From the IMG/VR virus record IMGVR_UViG_3300028833_005988, positions 16,004 to 80,003 of that record: DNA of 64,000 nucleotides; one strand, 5' to 3'. Shown piece after piece: positions 1 through 10,497 of the stretch. Source of the DNA: a virus. Taxonomy: Duplodnaviria > Caudoviricetes. The translations under genes were made by a program, and so were the position numbers. How positions within the stretch are numbered: the first letter of the stretch is position 1; each line of letters begins with the position of its first letter. The notes under the pieces are model-generated. The model saw only the letters and a list, made by a program, of their open reading frames with translations. It was not told the origin of the DNA and searched no databases.

Positions 1-71
1 GCAATAAAGGAGGGATTACTGCATCAACAATAAAATACATTGCGGATCTGGATTTTCTGACCAAGAATTAT

Positions 72-590
72 TTGCCCACAATAAAGAGAATAACCGCTGG
101 TCTATCAGTCCATATAAATCGACTTGATGAGAGAAATGGCGCTGTTGGATATCTTGCTACAACCTCTTCTAACAATACCGTATTCATTCCTCACTATACT
201 TTCGCAGGGGAATTTGGAGAAAACATCATACAAGGCAGAAGAATAGAGAGAGAAAAAACTTTGCTGAAGAGTTGTAGACTTTGTGCTGAAACGGACGTCT
301 ACGATTTCATTGAGCAAAATGCTCGACGTCTTAGTTTCTACAAGATCACCCCTATTGCCATTCGCGACGATACAGAAGAAATCTACTTTAGACTGGATTC
401 GGAGAATGTATATAGCCGAGTATCTATAAGAGAAACAATTAATGATAACATGGCTTTCTTCATCAATTCTGGAATAGCCAATCCAGATACGCTCTGTCAA
501 GTAGTTCGACTCAAGGATCATATGATTACCAAGGAGACTTGGGCAGAGATTAAGAATGATCATAATAATGAGTTGGAATATTTTCAATGA
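72..590 (+). CDS. Hypothetical protein (may be 5'-truncated by window edge)
   Basis: 172-aa ORF, no recognised motif. Confidence 0.5.
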   Translation: MPTIKRITAGLSVHINRLDERNGAVGYLATTSSNNTVFIPHYTFAGEFGENIIQGRRIEREKTLLKSCRLCAETDVYDFIEQNARRLSFYKITPIAIRDDTEEIYFRLDSENVYSRVSIRETINDNMAFFINSGIANPDTLCQVVRLKDHMITKETWAEIKNDHNNELEYFQ

Positions 591-646
591 GGATAACAGA
601 AACACTTGTTTGCTGAATTTCCAAAAAACAAAAGGGAGAAAGAAAA

Positions 647-1327
647 ATGGAAGATATGATTTTATTGCTGTTATTTACATATCCCGGATCGGTAGTCGAA
701 TGGGTATACGGCTTCCTGTGTAAGCCCTATGATTATTATACTCCTTTAGAAGGAGTGCAACAGGCAGCACGCTATTTTGTGTTGAGTGTGATTTGCACTT
801 CACTTTCCATGTTGATGCTTCCTTTTTTCTTTCCCAATAAAATACAGTTCACAATCTCATCTGTGATAAATGCACTAAAGAATACAGAAATGATTTTAAT
901 ATATATTCCGCTTTCTATTGCGGTAAGCATATTACTCGGAGGAATATTATTTGTTTTCCGTCATTTTGTTGTTACCCCAATTTGCAATTCGGTTGCCAGG
1001 AAGAAAAATAAATATACTGATTCCGGATTGAAAGACGTCTGGGCGGAGTTATTCAACCATCCAAAAGATTTCGATCTATGGAAATGCGCTATGATTTTGA
1101 AGAAAAACGGAAAAATTATCGGGTGCGGTATGCCTTATTCTATGCATGTAAAAAAACGTAATGTTGAATATTCGTTAATGTACTGTGACATTGTCCTAAA
1201 AGAAATAAAAAAAGGGAACAATAGCGACTTGATTGAAAATCATGTACTCACATATTATGATGCCCAAAACGATTTGGTTTGTGAATTCTGGAAAGCAGAT
1301 GGTATTTTGGAATACATGAAAAATTGA
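647..1327 (+). CDS. Membrane protein, hypothetical
   Basis: RBS GGGAG upstream; three hydrophobic segments in the N-terminal half. Confidence 0.65.
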   Translation: MEDMILLLLFTYPGSVVEWVYGFLCKPYDYYTPLEGVQQAARYFVLSVICTSLSMLMLPFFFPNKIQFTISSVINALKNTEMILIYIPLSIAVSILLGGILFVFRHFVVTPICNSVARKKNKYTDSGLKDVWAELFNHPKDFDLWKCAMILKKNGKIIGCGMPYSMHVKKRNVEYSLMYCDIVLKEIKKGNNSDLIENHVLTYYDAQNDLVCEFWKADGILEYMKN

Positions 1328-1797
1328 AATATAGCTTCGACTCATTGCTGCGTGACATTATAATGTGGCTTATGCTTGTAACCTGAGTATAAGATTCTTT
1401 AATTCTTTTCCGATCTTTTCTGATTTTATGTTCGTGCAAATACAACCTTTCATTTTGTTTTATATGATTCTTCAGTATATATTTATATAGCCATGACATT
1501 TGGGTTCCGTTTTTATGGAATCAGTTTTATCATGTCTTTGAAACAATACTTAATCGCATACACGGTAAGGCTTCAAATTATGCTGCAGGAGATTAATTAT
1601 TTTGTTATATTTCCATTATATGCTTCTCTATAATAAAATTCTTCCTCGAGCCTTATTGTACTTTGTATCTTCCAAGTACAAAGAAATTCTGGTATAATAC
1701 AATGGCTGATCAAAAAACAAGGTAACTTGATCAGTTTCTTCGTTATACCCCGCAATACAGTTTAGTTAAATTGAGAATTAATCCAAAGGGCAGTAAA

Positions 1798-2637
1798 ATG
1801 AGTCGAATAAAGATGTTCACTATCTTCATCGTTTTGCTTGTTTTGTTTAATTTCTCATCTGCTTCATCTGAGGCTGCACAGGATTCTGATTTACATATAT
1901 ATTTTTTAGATGTGGGGCAAGGAGACGCTGCCGTCGTTTTGTGCGAAGGTTATGCTATGATTATTGATGGTGGTGATTCTCAGCGCTCCGCTTACATTTA
2001 CTCATTTTTACATAATACAATAGAGGTTAATCACATTGATGTAATGATCGCCAGCCATCCGCATATGGACCATGTTGGCGGATTAGCGGCAGCCCTAAAT
2101 GCTTGTTATGTCGATCTCATCTATTCGCCAGTTTTAGATTACGATACAAATGCATGGAATTCTGTGAAGAAATATGCTGAAATTCTGGGGACGCCTATTG
2201 TCGTTCCAGACGCAGGGGATGAATTTGATTTGGGAGAAGTGCATGTTCAAATTCTTGGACCTCTTCACTGCTATGTAGATATGAATAATATGTCATTGAT
2301 CATAAAGATAACTTTTGGAAATACAAGCTTTCTATTCACTGGGGATGCAGAATGGGAAGCCGAGCATGATCTACTAAACGCGGGAGTAGATCTGTCGGCT
2401 GATGTACTAAAAGTTGGACATCATGGAAGTGAATCAAGTACAAGCTATTGGTTTTTAAGAGAAGTTTCTCCCTCATATGCTGTTATAAGTGTTGGAAAGG
2501 AAAATCAATATGGGCACCCTTCTGAAAACACTATAAGAAAATTACAGGATGCAGATGTTAACATTATTCGCACTGACCTCTCCGGATTGGTTGAGTGCGT
2601 AAGCGATGGAGAACAAGTGGCCTTCATAATAGAGTAA
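1798..2637 (+). CDS. ComEC/Rec2-family metallo-beta-lactamase-fold protein, secreted
   Basis: Signal peptide; FLDVGQGDA, SHPHMDHVGG, FTGDAE, LKVGHHGS, NQYGHP motifs. Confidence 0.9.
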   Translation: MSRIKMFTIFIVLLVLFNFSSASSEAAQDSDLHIYFLDVGQGDAAVVLCEGYAMIIDGGDSQRSAYIYSFLHNTIEVNHIDVMIASHPHMDHVGGLAAALNACYVDLIYSPVLDYDTNAWNSVKKYAEILGTPIVVPDAGDEFDLGEVHVQILGPLHCYVDMNNMSLIIKITFGNTSFLFTGDAEWEAEHDLLNAGVDLSADVLKVGHHGSESSTSYWFLREVSPSYAVISVGKENQYGHPSENTIRKLQDADVNIIRTDLSGLVECVSDGEQVAFIIE

Positions 2638-2781
2638 AGATTGCCGAGATAAACTATTTATTGCTTGCATATTATCAAATATATTTATGGCTTAATTAGA
2701 ACATTCAAATATGCTGATTATGTATTTTGTGAAGATTTCGAGAATCATTCCTGAGAAATTCACGAATTTTTTTAACCTTAA

Positions 2782-2814
2782 GTGTACAAATCCGGCTTTC
2801 CATCCGTCTTAATT
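2782..2814 (+). promoter_or_regulatory. ECF-sigma-type promoter, copy 1
   Basis: GTGTACAA-N15-CGTCTTAATT directly upstream of the ECF sigma gene; same boxes and spacing at 6158 and 10279. Confidence 0.75.
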
Positions 2815-2828
2815 AGTGAAGGAAGGAG

Positions 2829-3359
2829 GTGATCGGTATGGAGCGTGCTGCGGTACCCAGCATGACCCGAGAGCAGATATTGGAAGCATGGGTTCACACC
2901 TATGCGGGAGCGATCCTAAAAACCTGCTTTATTTATTTGGCCGATCATGATCTTGCACAAGACGCGATGCAAGATACGTTTATGAAAGCATGGAAATATA
3001 TGGGGAACACAAATCATTCAGTCATTCAGAATGAAAAAGCGTGGCTGATGCGGGTAGCGATGAATACTTGCCGGGATTATCGCCGGACGCAATGGTTCAA
3101 GCACATTGATTTCAAAAAGAGCCTGGATGAATTGCCACTCAGCTATATTTCCGTGCCGGAGGAGGATCGCGACTTGGTGATCGAGGTCAGTAATTTGCCG
3201 GATAAATACAAGCAGCTTGTGTTGTTGTATTACTATTCCAACATGACCTTGCAGGACACGGCGGAGGCGTTGGGTATTCCCAAGTCCACCGCCAGCAAGC
3301 GATTAAAACGGGCGGAAGAAATGCTCAAACGCAGTTTGACGGGAGGTGAAGCACAATGA
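2829..3359 (+). CDS. ECF RNA polymerase sigma factor
   Basis: Region 2 (DLAQDAMQDTFMKAW, AWLMRVAMN) and region 4 HTH (TLQDTAEALGIPKSTASKRL). Confidence 0.93.
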   Translation: MIGMERAAVPSMTREQILEAWVHTYAGAILKTCFIYLADHDLAQDAMQDTFMKAWKYMGNTNHSVIQNEKAWLMRVAMNTCRDYRRTQWFKHIDFKKSLDELPLSYISVPEEDRDLVIEVSNLPDKYKQLVLLYYYSNMTLQDTAEALGIPKSTASKRLKRAEEMLKRSLTGGEAQ

Positions 3360-5179
3360 AGGATATGGAACTGCAAAAGCGCATTGAAAACGCTGTTGAT
3401 ACTACGTTGGCTTCTCTTGATCCTTCTGCCCGGCAATGCGATCTGCTGATCGAAAACATTAAGGGAGGAAAGAAAAGCGTTATGGGGAAAAAAGTATCTA
3501 TTACGTTTGTATTTGCAATTGTGATGATGATTGCTTGCATCGGTACCGCAGTTGCGCTATCTTATACGTTTATTCAAAAAGCGGTGCAAAACCAACAGGA
3601 AAGCGGCCCGCTTGAAAAGTGGTCGATCGAGGAAAAGCAGTCTGTAATCGACGCCATGGTCGAAGATGGTTTGGCAGTAGATGAGATCAAGTATGCTGCT
3701 ATGAAAAACGCATCAACGAATGAGCAAAAACAGCGTATCGCTAATGAAATATTGCTGGAAAGCAAGCTGGCAAGAGAAGAATTGATAAATCATTACGGAT
3801 TCACGGATGATTCTTTCCAGCTCTTTGATAAGACAGTTTTGATTGATGGAGAAGCTGGGACGTGGAATGTAGCCTATATGCCGACTCAATATTCGGAAAG
3901 AATAGGACAATATGTTGTTGTTCTGGATGCAATCACAGGGAATGTGGTGAGTAGCACATGGAGCTATGACCATGCACTGCTTGAAGATACGCTGCCAGAT
4001 ACCTGGGATTCAAAAATCTGGTCAATGGAAAAAGTCAATCGTCTATTACGCTTTGATGCGGAGCGCATGGAAGAGCTGGAAAAACTGGAGGCGGAGAAAG
4101 GCGAATTTGATTATTGGTCAATTCAAGATAAAGCCGCCTTTGATGAAGAAATAATATCGCTTGGTTATCCGCGCAATGACTTTGTTGTGAACGTCCTTCC
4201 GCAGGCGGATGATGTGGACGAACAAAAGGCATTTAGCTTGGCCGAAGGGATCGTTCGTGAGCGACTGGGCGAATCCTCTTTGCCGATCCAGCCCATCACC
4301 ATTTCCTTCTATCTGCTTGCAGATGATACAAAAGAATGGATGGTCGTCGTTACGGCAGGTGATAATTCAGAGGTTACCTATACCGTTGAAATCGCTTCGC
4401 CTTCCGGCGAGATACTGTCTTGCTCTGCGCCTCTGTTGATTTCTGAAAAGCAGGATGATCAGGCTACTGACCAGCTTTCCTATCAAGAGAATGAAATTCT
4501 TGATCTTGCTTGGGATGCGATGAGGGCTGAATTCAGTTTCAATGACAATACCCATATCTATTTTAACACAGCTGTCGTTCAATTAGATGACGCATATGAG
4601 GTCATCTTCAAGTCCAATAACTATAATCCTGCAAAGGTTGGCATATATACAGTTAAACTGAATATGGCGGAAAAAGAAATACTTTCTATTGATTGGAGTT
4701 TACAGCATGAGTATGAGCAGCAAGGCCCAAAAAAGCCGTGGAAAGCTGCGGAACTGTGGAGTTCGTATGAGTATAACGAATATGCCACCTTACGAGAAAA
4801 TGGGAAAGCCGTTATGAAAGAAGCAGGCTCTGATATTTCTTGGGGAATGGATTTTGAACATCAAGCGGCTTATGATACACTTTATCGTGAAGCAGGGTTT
4901 GATCGTACACAATATTACCATGCGCTTCCCAGCACACTTGACCTGTCAAAGGAAGAGGCCATTGCATTGGCGATCAATACGATTGCACAAAAGTATATTC
5001 TGCAAAAAGAAGTACTGGAAAACGATGATATTCTTTATGAATTTGACGTGTCGGAAGAGGATCGTCCACTTTGGAGGATTTCCATCCTTGATGAAGCAAC
5101 TGATTCCGTGTATATTGTTGAGATTCAGTCAATAAACAATAATATTATAAAGGCAATAAAAAGAGAGTTATCAAACTAA
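3356..5179 (+). CDS. Anti-sigma-like membrane protein with large extracellular PepSY-like repeat region
   Basis: Overlaps sigma stop (ATGA); one TM segment near residues 48-70; repeated 'EKQAFSLA/KEEAIALA...W.V...Y.V.ID..G' units. Confidence 0.7.
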   Translation: MKDMELQKRIENAVDTTLASLDPSARQCDLLIENIKGGKKSVMGKKVSITFVFAIVMMIACIGTAVALSYTFIQKAVQNQQESGPLEKWSIEEKQSVIDAMVEDGLAVDEIKYAAMKNASTNEQKQRIANEILLESKLAREELINHYGFTDDSFQLFDKTVLIDGEAGTWNVAYMPTQYSERIGQYVVVLDAITGNVVSSTWSYDHALLEDTLPDTWDSKIWSMEKVNRLLRFDAERMEELEKLEAEKGEFDYWSIQDKAAFDEEIISLGYPRNDFVVNVLPQADDVDEQKAFSLAEGIVRERLGESSLPIQPITISFYLLADDTKEWMVVVTAGDNSEVTYTVEIASPSGEILSCSAPLLISEKQDDQATDQLSYQENEILDLAWDAMRAEFSFNDNTHIYFNTAVVQLDDAYEVIFKSNNYNPAKVGIYTVKLNMAEKEILSIDWSLQHEYEQQGPKKPWKAAELWSSYEYNEYATLRENGKAVMKEAGSDISWGMDFEHQAAYDTLYREAGFDRTQYYHALPSTLDLSKEEAIALAINTIAQKYILQKEVLENDDILYEFDVSEEDRPLWRISILDEATDSVYIVEIQSINNNIIKAIKRELSN

Positions 5180-5222
5180 AAAACGCTGTCACCTAATTCT
5201 GCTTGGTTTCTTTTTAGACCAA

Positions 5223-5248
5223 GGGGGCGCTGTCGATGCAGCGCCCCC
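5223..5248. terminator. Hairpin between convergent genes
   Basis: GGGGGCGCTG / CAGCGCCCCC inverted repeat. Confidence 0.65.
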
Positions 5249-5255
5249 AAATGGA

Positions 5256-5792
5256 TTAATGAGCTTCATTATACAGAGCATTCTTCGTCAAGGGACCACT
5301 AATGCCATCAACACCAAGACCTTGATCAGTTTGGAAATTCCGTACTGCAGTACGAGTGGCAGAACCATATTTTCCATCAACATTACCACTCAAATATCCA
5401 AGTGTCTTAAGATCTTGCTGCAAGTATCTCACATAGCGATTATTGCTACCCAGGTTAAGTTCCGTAGTTCCGTAGAAAATTTCCCATTCTCGTCCAGCCA
5501 CACGAACATATTGCCGCATAACATAGTAAGTGGTGCCATTTTTAACGAAGGAATACCAATGAGCATTAACCGGGGTTACATTTACGCTGGAAGTATTGGA
5601 GAGAGTCCCTTTTTTGGTTAGACCACTATTAGAAGCGGTAGTATTGTAACCGCTATAATAGTTAACGGTACCATAAGGGGTAGCACCATGGCTGGTATCA
5701 ACCGTGCCGCTTTCGGCAAACGCAGGAATGGCAATAGTCATGATGGACATGATCGCCAGAACCAGAGCAAGGATCTTCTTGATATTCTTCAT
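5256..5792 (-). CDS. Secreted protein with C-terminal peptidoglycan-binding domain
   Basis: Signal peptide MKNIKKILALVLAIMSIMTIAIPAFA; LQQDLKTLGY...DGKYGSATRTAVRNFQ...L.VDGISGP.T motif. Confidence 0.85.
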   Translation of the reverse strand: MKNIKKILALVLAIMSIMTIAIPAFAESGTVDTSHGATPYGTVNYYSGYNTTASNSGLTKKGTLSNTSSVNVTPVNAHWYSFVKNGTTYYVMRQYVRVAGREWEIFYGTTELNLGSNNRYVRYLQQDLKTLGYLSGNVDGKYGSATRTAVRNFQTDQGLGVDGISGPLTKNALYNEAH

Positions 5793-6141
5793 TGTTTTCA
5801 CTTTCCTTTCATTTGGGCGCACGAAATACATCGAAGTGCTGCCCTTCGTTTTTTGATTTTGGTATTCTGAAATATGGGGTTATATCAGATGAAAGCACTT
5901 TTTTCATTCTGCGCTGCTGCGTGCTATGATTCCTTGTAGAACATCCATCCCCATCTCTTTGAGGATGGCAGCGGCCAAGCTCGTTTTACAGAATCATCCA
6001 CGCCGTGAATCAGATCAATGGAATCACCACTTTCTTTGTTTTGCTGCCGTGGGTTTCATTCCCTCAGCGCAGTTATAGTATAAGGCATATCCGGGGTTTT
6101 GAAAATTGAAGAGGTTGAGCAGTTTCCGAGAAGATTTCAAG
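5793..6141 (-). repeat. Conserved ~350-nt promoter/leader, copy 1
   Basis: Near-identical to 9901-10250 and 14161-14510. Confidence 0.9.
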
Positions 6142-6157
6142 CAAAAATTTTGAAAGA

Positions 6158-6190
6158 GTGTACAAATGCTATATTTTTTTCGTCTTAATT
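6158..6190 (+). promoter_or_regulatory. ECF-sigma-type promoter, copy 2
   Basis: GTGTACAA-N15-CGTCTTAATT. Confidence 0.7.
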
Positions 6191-6643
6191 AATGTGAGAG
6201 TACTATTATCAAGATTTCTCTTGGTAAAGCGTTCTATATAAACATAGGGAGGAGAAACGATAGCCATAGAAAAAAATATATAATTTGGTATAAGAATGAT
6301 ACTAGCCTTGTAGTTTAAGAAAGTAATGAGGAGAAACAAGAAATGGAAAAAGCATTAATCCGTGGTTTCATGATCGCCTTGATAGTGCTTTTGATGACTG
6401 CCTCTGTTTTAGCAGAATCAACGAATCAAGCAATCAGTATTCGTCCACGAAAGACTCATGCAGTATGCTCGTGGATGTCTCAGTAGTCCTTGTCGGACAG
6501 GATGCTTATTCAAGTGTATTTATAGGGAGTGACGAACGTTGGAAACTGTTTGAAAATTATATGTTTTGAGGTGACATTCAGCGTATTTTATGATATAATG
6601 AAATTCAATATACAACTTTAGTTAAATCTTAGGAGGGTAACCC

Positions 6644-7471
6644 ATGAAAAGAATTCTTAGCATTTTTCTGCTTTTGTGCTCCGTTTTTGCCAGTGCACAC
6701 GCTGAGGAAAATGAGACTTGGATTGGAGAAAAGAAAGCGAGAGAATTGGCATCCATTTATTTTTCTGAGAAAAGCGGATTAAATGAAGAAGAAATAAAAA
6801 CATATCATTTCAGTGAACTATCCTCGAAGTGGCTTGAAGATGGAACGCCTGCGTTTATCGCTATATTCTTTGGTGATATCGATGATCCGCGTTATGCGAC
6901 AAATTCCTATAGTGTGTATATCAATAGCCATAATGGAGACCTCATTCGGATCACGTATCCTCAAGCATGGCACCCTGTCGATTTGGAATATAGGCGTTTG
7001 GAAAAAGAACGGGGAGCATTGGTGGATTGGACGATCGAACAAAAATATGAACTAAAGATATTGTCTATTGCTGCTTACGAAGAATACCTTGAGCATCCGA
7101 AAGAAAAGAACTATCTTCCATTGACTCGGTATGCGCAGCAATTCATGAGTTATGACTATCGTTTGCCAGATGAATTATGTATTTCTGAGGATACGGCAAA
7201 GCAGCTTGCCATGGATGCTCTCAAAAAAACAGAATCTTTTGATGATGAATATGTCCAAACACAATTTCGGATCAGTTCTTCCTTCCTTTTTTCCAAACAA
7301 TTTTTTCCCGAAGGGCGGCTGGTATGGAAAATTTTCTTTCTTCCCTTATATGATACCAAATATTACGACTATGGGTATTATGTTGAAATTGGCGCGGAAG
7401 ATGGAACGGCACTGGGCATTGTTCATCAACTGTATACAGACAACACTTCACTTGTTGACCATTATGAATGA
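6644..7471 (+). CDS. Secreted PepSY-like repeat protein
   Basis: Signal peptide; WTIEQK and ISEDTAKQLA..AL segments resemble 3356-5179 and 10498-11682. Confidence 0.75.
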   Translation: MKRILSIFLLLCSVFASAHAEENETWIGEKKARELASIYFSEKSGLNEEEIKTYHFSELSSKWLEDGTPAFIAIFFGDIDDPRYATNSYSVYINSHNGDLIRITYPQAWHPVDLEYRRLEKERGALVDWTIEQKYELKILSIAAYEEYLEHPKEKNYLPLTRYAQQFMSYDYRLPDELCISEDTAKQLAMDALKKTESFDDEYVQTQFRISSSFLFSKQFFPEGRLVWKIFFLPLYDTKYYDYGYYVEIGAEDGTALGIVHQLYTDNTSLVDHYE

Positions 7472-7506
7472 TGCTGATATATCGCACGGCTTTCAATTTT
7501 ATTAAA

Positions 7507-8163
7507 ATCGGGTAGGAGGGGGTGGCTAACCCCCGTCCTCCCACATCAGCGCTCATGCGGGCCCGCAAGCGGCGGTTCAGTTGCTGGCACTTGGCAGCAT
7601 GTTTGATCGGAAATCGTGACGTTCAGCGATTCTGCCATACCTTCGGTCGCCCACCTATCCTCTGGCAGATATCCTCTATCGAGCAACTGCTTTCAACACG
7701 TCCGGTTCCTGACATACTGTATTATCAGCAACCGCCAGGCCCTTCCCTCCATCGTCTTTCACCGACTTCTCTGGTACTATGGCCCAGACTGACTTCTGGA
7801 TGTTCAGCCATGCCTCGTTTCCTTGTGCATGGGTTACTCCGCGTGACCGGAGCTTATCATCCAGACCTCCCCGGTTAAGGTGCAACAACCTTCATTCCAT
7901 GCAGCCGCCGCATTTACGTGACAGAATCCGGGTAGTATTGGACTTCGGCTTGTGTTGCAGTCTCGTCCGTTCTGCCCCGCCTTTTATGAAGTTTCTGTTC
8001 GTTGGCTCGGAACTTTGCCCGTCAGGGTTGATCATTTCCCCCTGGCATCCGGCTTCCTTCAGATTCCACCTCGCGATGGACACCCTTGCCTTCGGCTAAC
8101 GCTTCCTACTACCAAGCGTGTAGTGGACTTTCACCACCAAGTTGTTGCCCATGCCGGGCGTAC
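7507..8163 (-). mobile_element. ORF-less group II intron (IIC-like), 657 nt
   Basis: 5' end GTACGCCCGGCATGGG; domain V/VI-like 3' end ...GCGGGCCCGCATGAGCG...GGAGGACGGGGGTTAGCCACCCCCTCCTACCCGAT; no RT ORF inside. Confidence 0.8.
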
Positions 8164-8169
8164 AACGTG

Positions 8170-8207
8170 AAAGACCAACAGACTATTTTTTTAGCCTGTT
8201 GGTCTTT
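8170..8207. terminator. Bidirectional terminator-like hairpin between the two introns
   Basis: AAAGACCAACAG / CTGTTGGTCTTT inverted repeat. Confidence 0.75.
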
Positions 8208-8211
8208 AATG

Positions 8212-8817
8212 GTGTTCCGGGCATGGTGCAATTCTCGCGGGTGAAAGCCTCGCCACCGGTGGCTACCGCCAAGTGTAGCGAACCGCAAGCCGTTATCAGC
8301 AACGTTAACTGGGGAGGAAGCGGTGTAGCAAAATCGACGAGTCTACGGAAAGAAACTGGATACAAGGCCAAACGGCGGGCAAGGTTGCCACAGAAGCCGA
8401 AGCCTGAAAGGTAGCTGTAAAACCGAAACAGTAAATCCAGAGGTTGTGCGGTGAAAGAATTGTGGCTTATCCCGGGAGGCCTAGTCAGCGAGGTGAAAAC
8501 CGAATGTGAAAAAAGCGAGTGACCGGGAGTCAACTGAGGCCATGGTAGGGACTTTGTCCTGAAGATCCTATTGTCGTGGTATTGCAGATCACTGTAAGTA
8601 AGTCAATGATTGCCCGAACATGCAGCGAATGCCAAGGCAAAGGGATCGTAACCCGGAGTGGCAGGAGAGGCGGAGATGCTTTCTTCATTGATTTTGTAAA
8701 CAGAATGCGAAGCAACAGGCAGAAAATGTCTGGTATTACACAACGATGTAGCGCCGCATACCTGACCGGTATGTACGGTGCAATAGGAGGGAGGGGATTA
8801 ACCCCTCTCTACCCTAT
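8212..8817 (+). mobile_element. ORF-less group II intron (IIC-like), 606 nt
   Basis: 5' end GTGTTCCGGGCATGG...GTGAAAGCC; domain V/VI-like 3' end GCGCCGCATACCTGACCGGTATGTACGGTGC...GGGAGGGGATTAACCCCTCTCTACCCTAT. Confidence 0.75.
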
Positions 8818-8863
8818 TGAGCGTTTACTTATTCAGTTTATTCAAAAGAATAATCGTATTATA

Positions 8864-9595
8864 TTACTTATTTGCAAAATAGTTTTCTATTGAAATTCCT
8901 TCATATCGATTATTACTTACCGTCCATAAGTAGAATTTATAAAGTTCCGCTTTTGTTGCAGGGCCACATACTCCATCCATCGCAAGAGAAACCCCTGCAA
9001 TACACTCACATTGCTGGAAGCTATGGATAGCAGTTTCTGTTTTATTACCCATATATCCGTCAGCTTTGAACTTTGACATGCACACTTTGCCGCTTATGTC
9101 GCCATATAAGCCCGATTGCTTATCATCCGGACGATATATCTGATGATATTTATGATAGTGCATAAGATCAATTTGAACATTGCGCAATCCTTGGTAAAAA
9201 CCTGTAGTCTTTCCGTTCTTATATGTCGTAGTACCGTAACGTCCCTCCCAATCGTTTGAGGATGATCCTGAGCCAGAATCAGATCCGGATCCTGTATTGG
9301 GTTTAGTTTCAGTTAAATACTTGGTCAGCATGTATCCCTTGTACACTTTTCCCGCAGCAGTAGTATACTTCACCTTATGCCATGTATTGTTATACTTATC
9401 TGCCTTTACTTCTGTGCCGTGAGGTACATTAACAAGTATATTGTTGTCCACCGAAGTGTCTCGAGTTGACCGGAGACGCACAGTTTGACCCGGCTCTATA
9501 TTGACATACATTGTCGAGTTATATTCTGCAAAAGCAGGGATTGTCAAAGAGAACAAAGAAACAATCGCCAAGAGAATAGAGATAAATTTTTTCAT
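8864..9595 (-). CDS. Secreted SH3-like plus peptidoglycan-binding domain protein
   Basis: Signal peptide; VRLRS...VNVPHGTEV...WHKVKY...GYMLTKYL; DGYMGNKTETAIHSFQ...MDGVCGPAT. Confidence 0.8.
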   Translation of the reverse strand: MKKFISILLAIVSLFSLTIPAFAEYNSTMYVNIEPGQTVRLRSTRDTSVDNNILVNVPHGTEVKADKYNNTWHKVKYTTAAGKVYKGYMLTKYLTETKPNTGSGSDSGSGSSSNDWEGRYGTTTYKNGKTTGFYQGLRNVQIDLMHYHKYHQIYRPDDKQSGLYGDISGKVCMSKFKADGYMGNKTETAIHSFQQCECIAGVSLAMDGVCGPATKAELYKFYLWTVSNNRYEGISIENYFANK

Positions 9596-9685
9596 TACAA
9601 TCTCTCCTTTTATAAATTTATTGGATTTGGATTGCGGGGGGGGGTGGATATGTTGCCACCTTGCGAAGTCTCATACCATATGTCA

Positions 9686-9900
9686 TTAGACATTGTCATA
9701 ATTGACGGTCAATTCCATTGGAGATTTTCTTTAACACAGTTGCAGACGAGCTTTTCGTCTTACGCAGATTTAGAGTGCCACTGTTTGTGGACGATGTATC
9801 AACATAAGTGGTTTTAGATGTTGCTGCGAAAGCAGGAATAGCAATAGCCATGATGGTCATGATCGTCAGAGCCAAGGCGATGACCTGCTTGATTTTTCAT
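9686..9900 (-). pseudogene. Frameshifted, truncated paralog of the 13543-14160 secreted protein
   Basis: Frameshift just after ATGAAAAAT; shifted frame reads signal peptide then TYVDTSSTNSGTLNLRKTKSSSATV before TAA. Confidence 0.7.
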
Positions 9901-10250
9901 TCTCTTTACTTTCCTTTCAATTTGGGCGCACGAAATACATCGAAGTGCTGCCCTTCGTTTTTTGATTTTGGTATTCTGAAATATGGGGTTATAACTGATG
10001 AAAGCACTTTTTTCATTCTGTGCTGTTGCGTGCTATGATTCCTTGTAGAACATCCATCCCCATCTCTTTGAGGATGGCAGCGGCCAAGCTCGTTTTACAG
10101 AATCATCCACGCCATAGATCAGATCAATGGAATCACCGCTCTCTTTGCTTTGCTGCCGTGGGTTTCATTCCCTCAGCGCAGTTATAGTATAAGGTATATC
10201 CGGTGTTTTGAAAATTGAAGAGGTCGAGCAGTTTCCGAGAAGATTTCAAG
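9901..10250 (-). repeat. Conserved leader, copy 2
   Basis: Near-identical to 5793-6141. Confidence 0.9.
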
Positions 10251-10278
10251 TAAAAAAATTTTTGAAATTTTTGAAAGC

Positions 10279-10311
10279 GTGTACAATTCTTATGTTTTTT
10301 TCGTCTTAATT
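10279..10311 (+). promoter_or_regulatory. ECF-sigma-type promoter, copy 3
   Basis: GTGTACAA-N15-CGTCTTAATT. Confidence 0.7.
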
Positions 10312-10497
10312 TGTGTAAGGAAGGAGGTGATTCGATTTGGCTGCATCAATGAAAAGGCGGCAATAGGAGGCGCCTTATCTATGCACGGCAAACGCAAACA
10401 TTGGATCAAGACATAATAACGTATGACTAAAAAACGGTTGCGTAAAGTTTGTGCATATTTCAATCTCATTTCAATATTAGAATCAGGGAGGTTCAAT

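Noticed and set aside
5793-6141. Known riboswitch (c-di-AMP, c-di-GMP, T-box) in the repeated leader
   Set aside because: Consensus motifs not found by eye; left as an unknown element.
6343-6570. Small signal-peptide ORF as a TAG-read-through gene
   Set aside because: The protein-like continuation is in another frame, so it looks like a frameshifted remnant.
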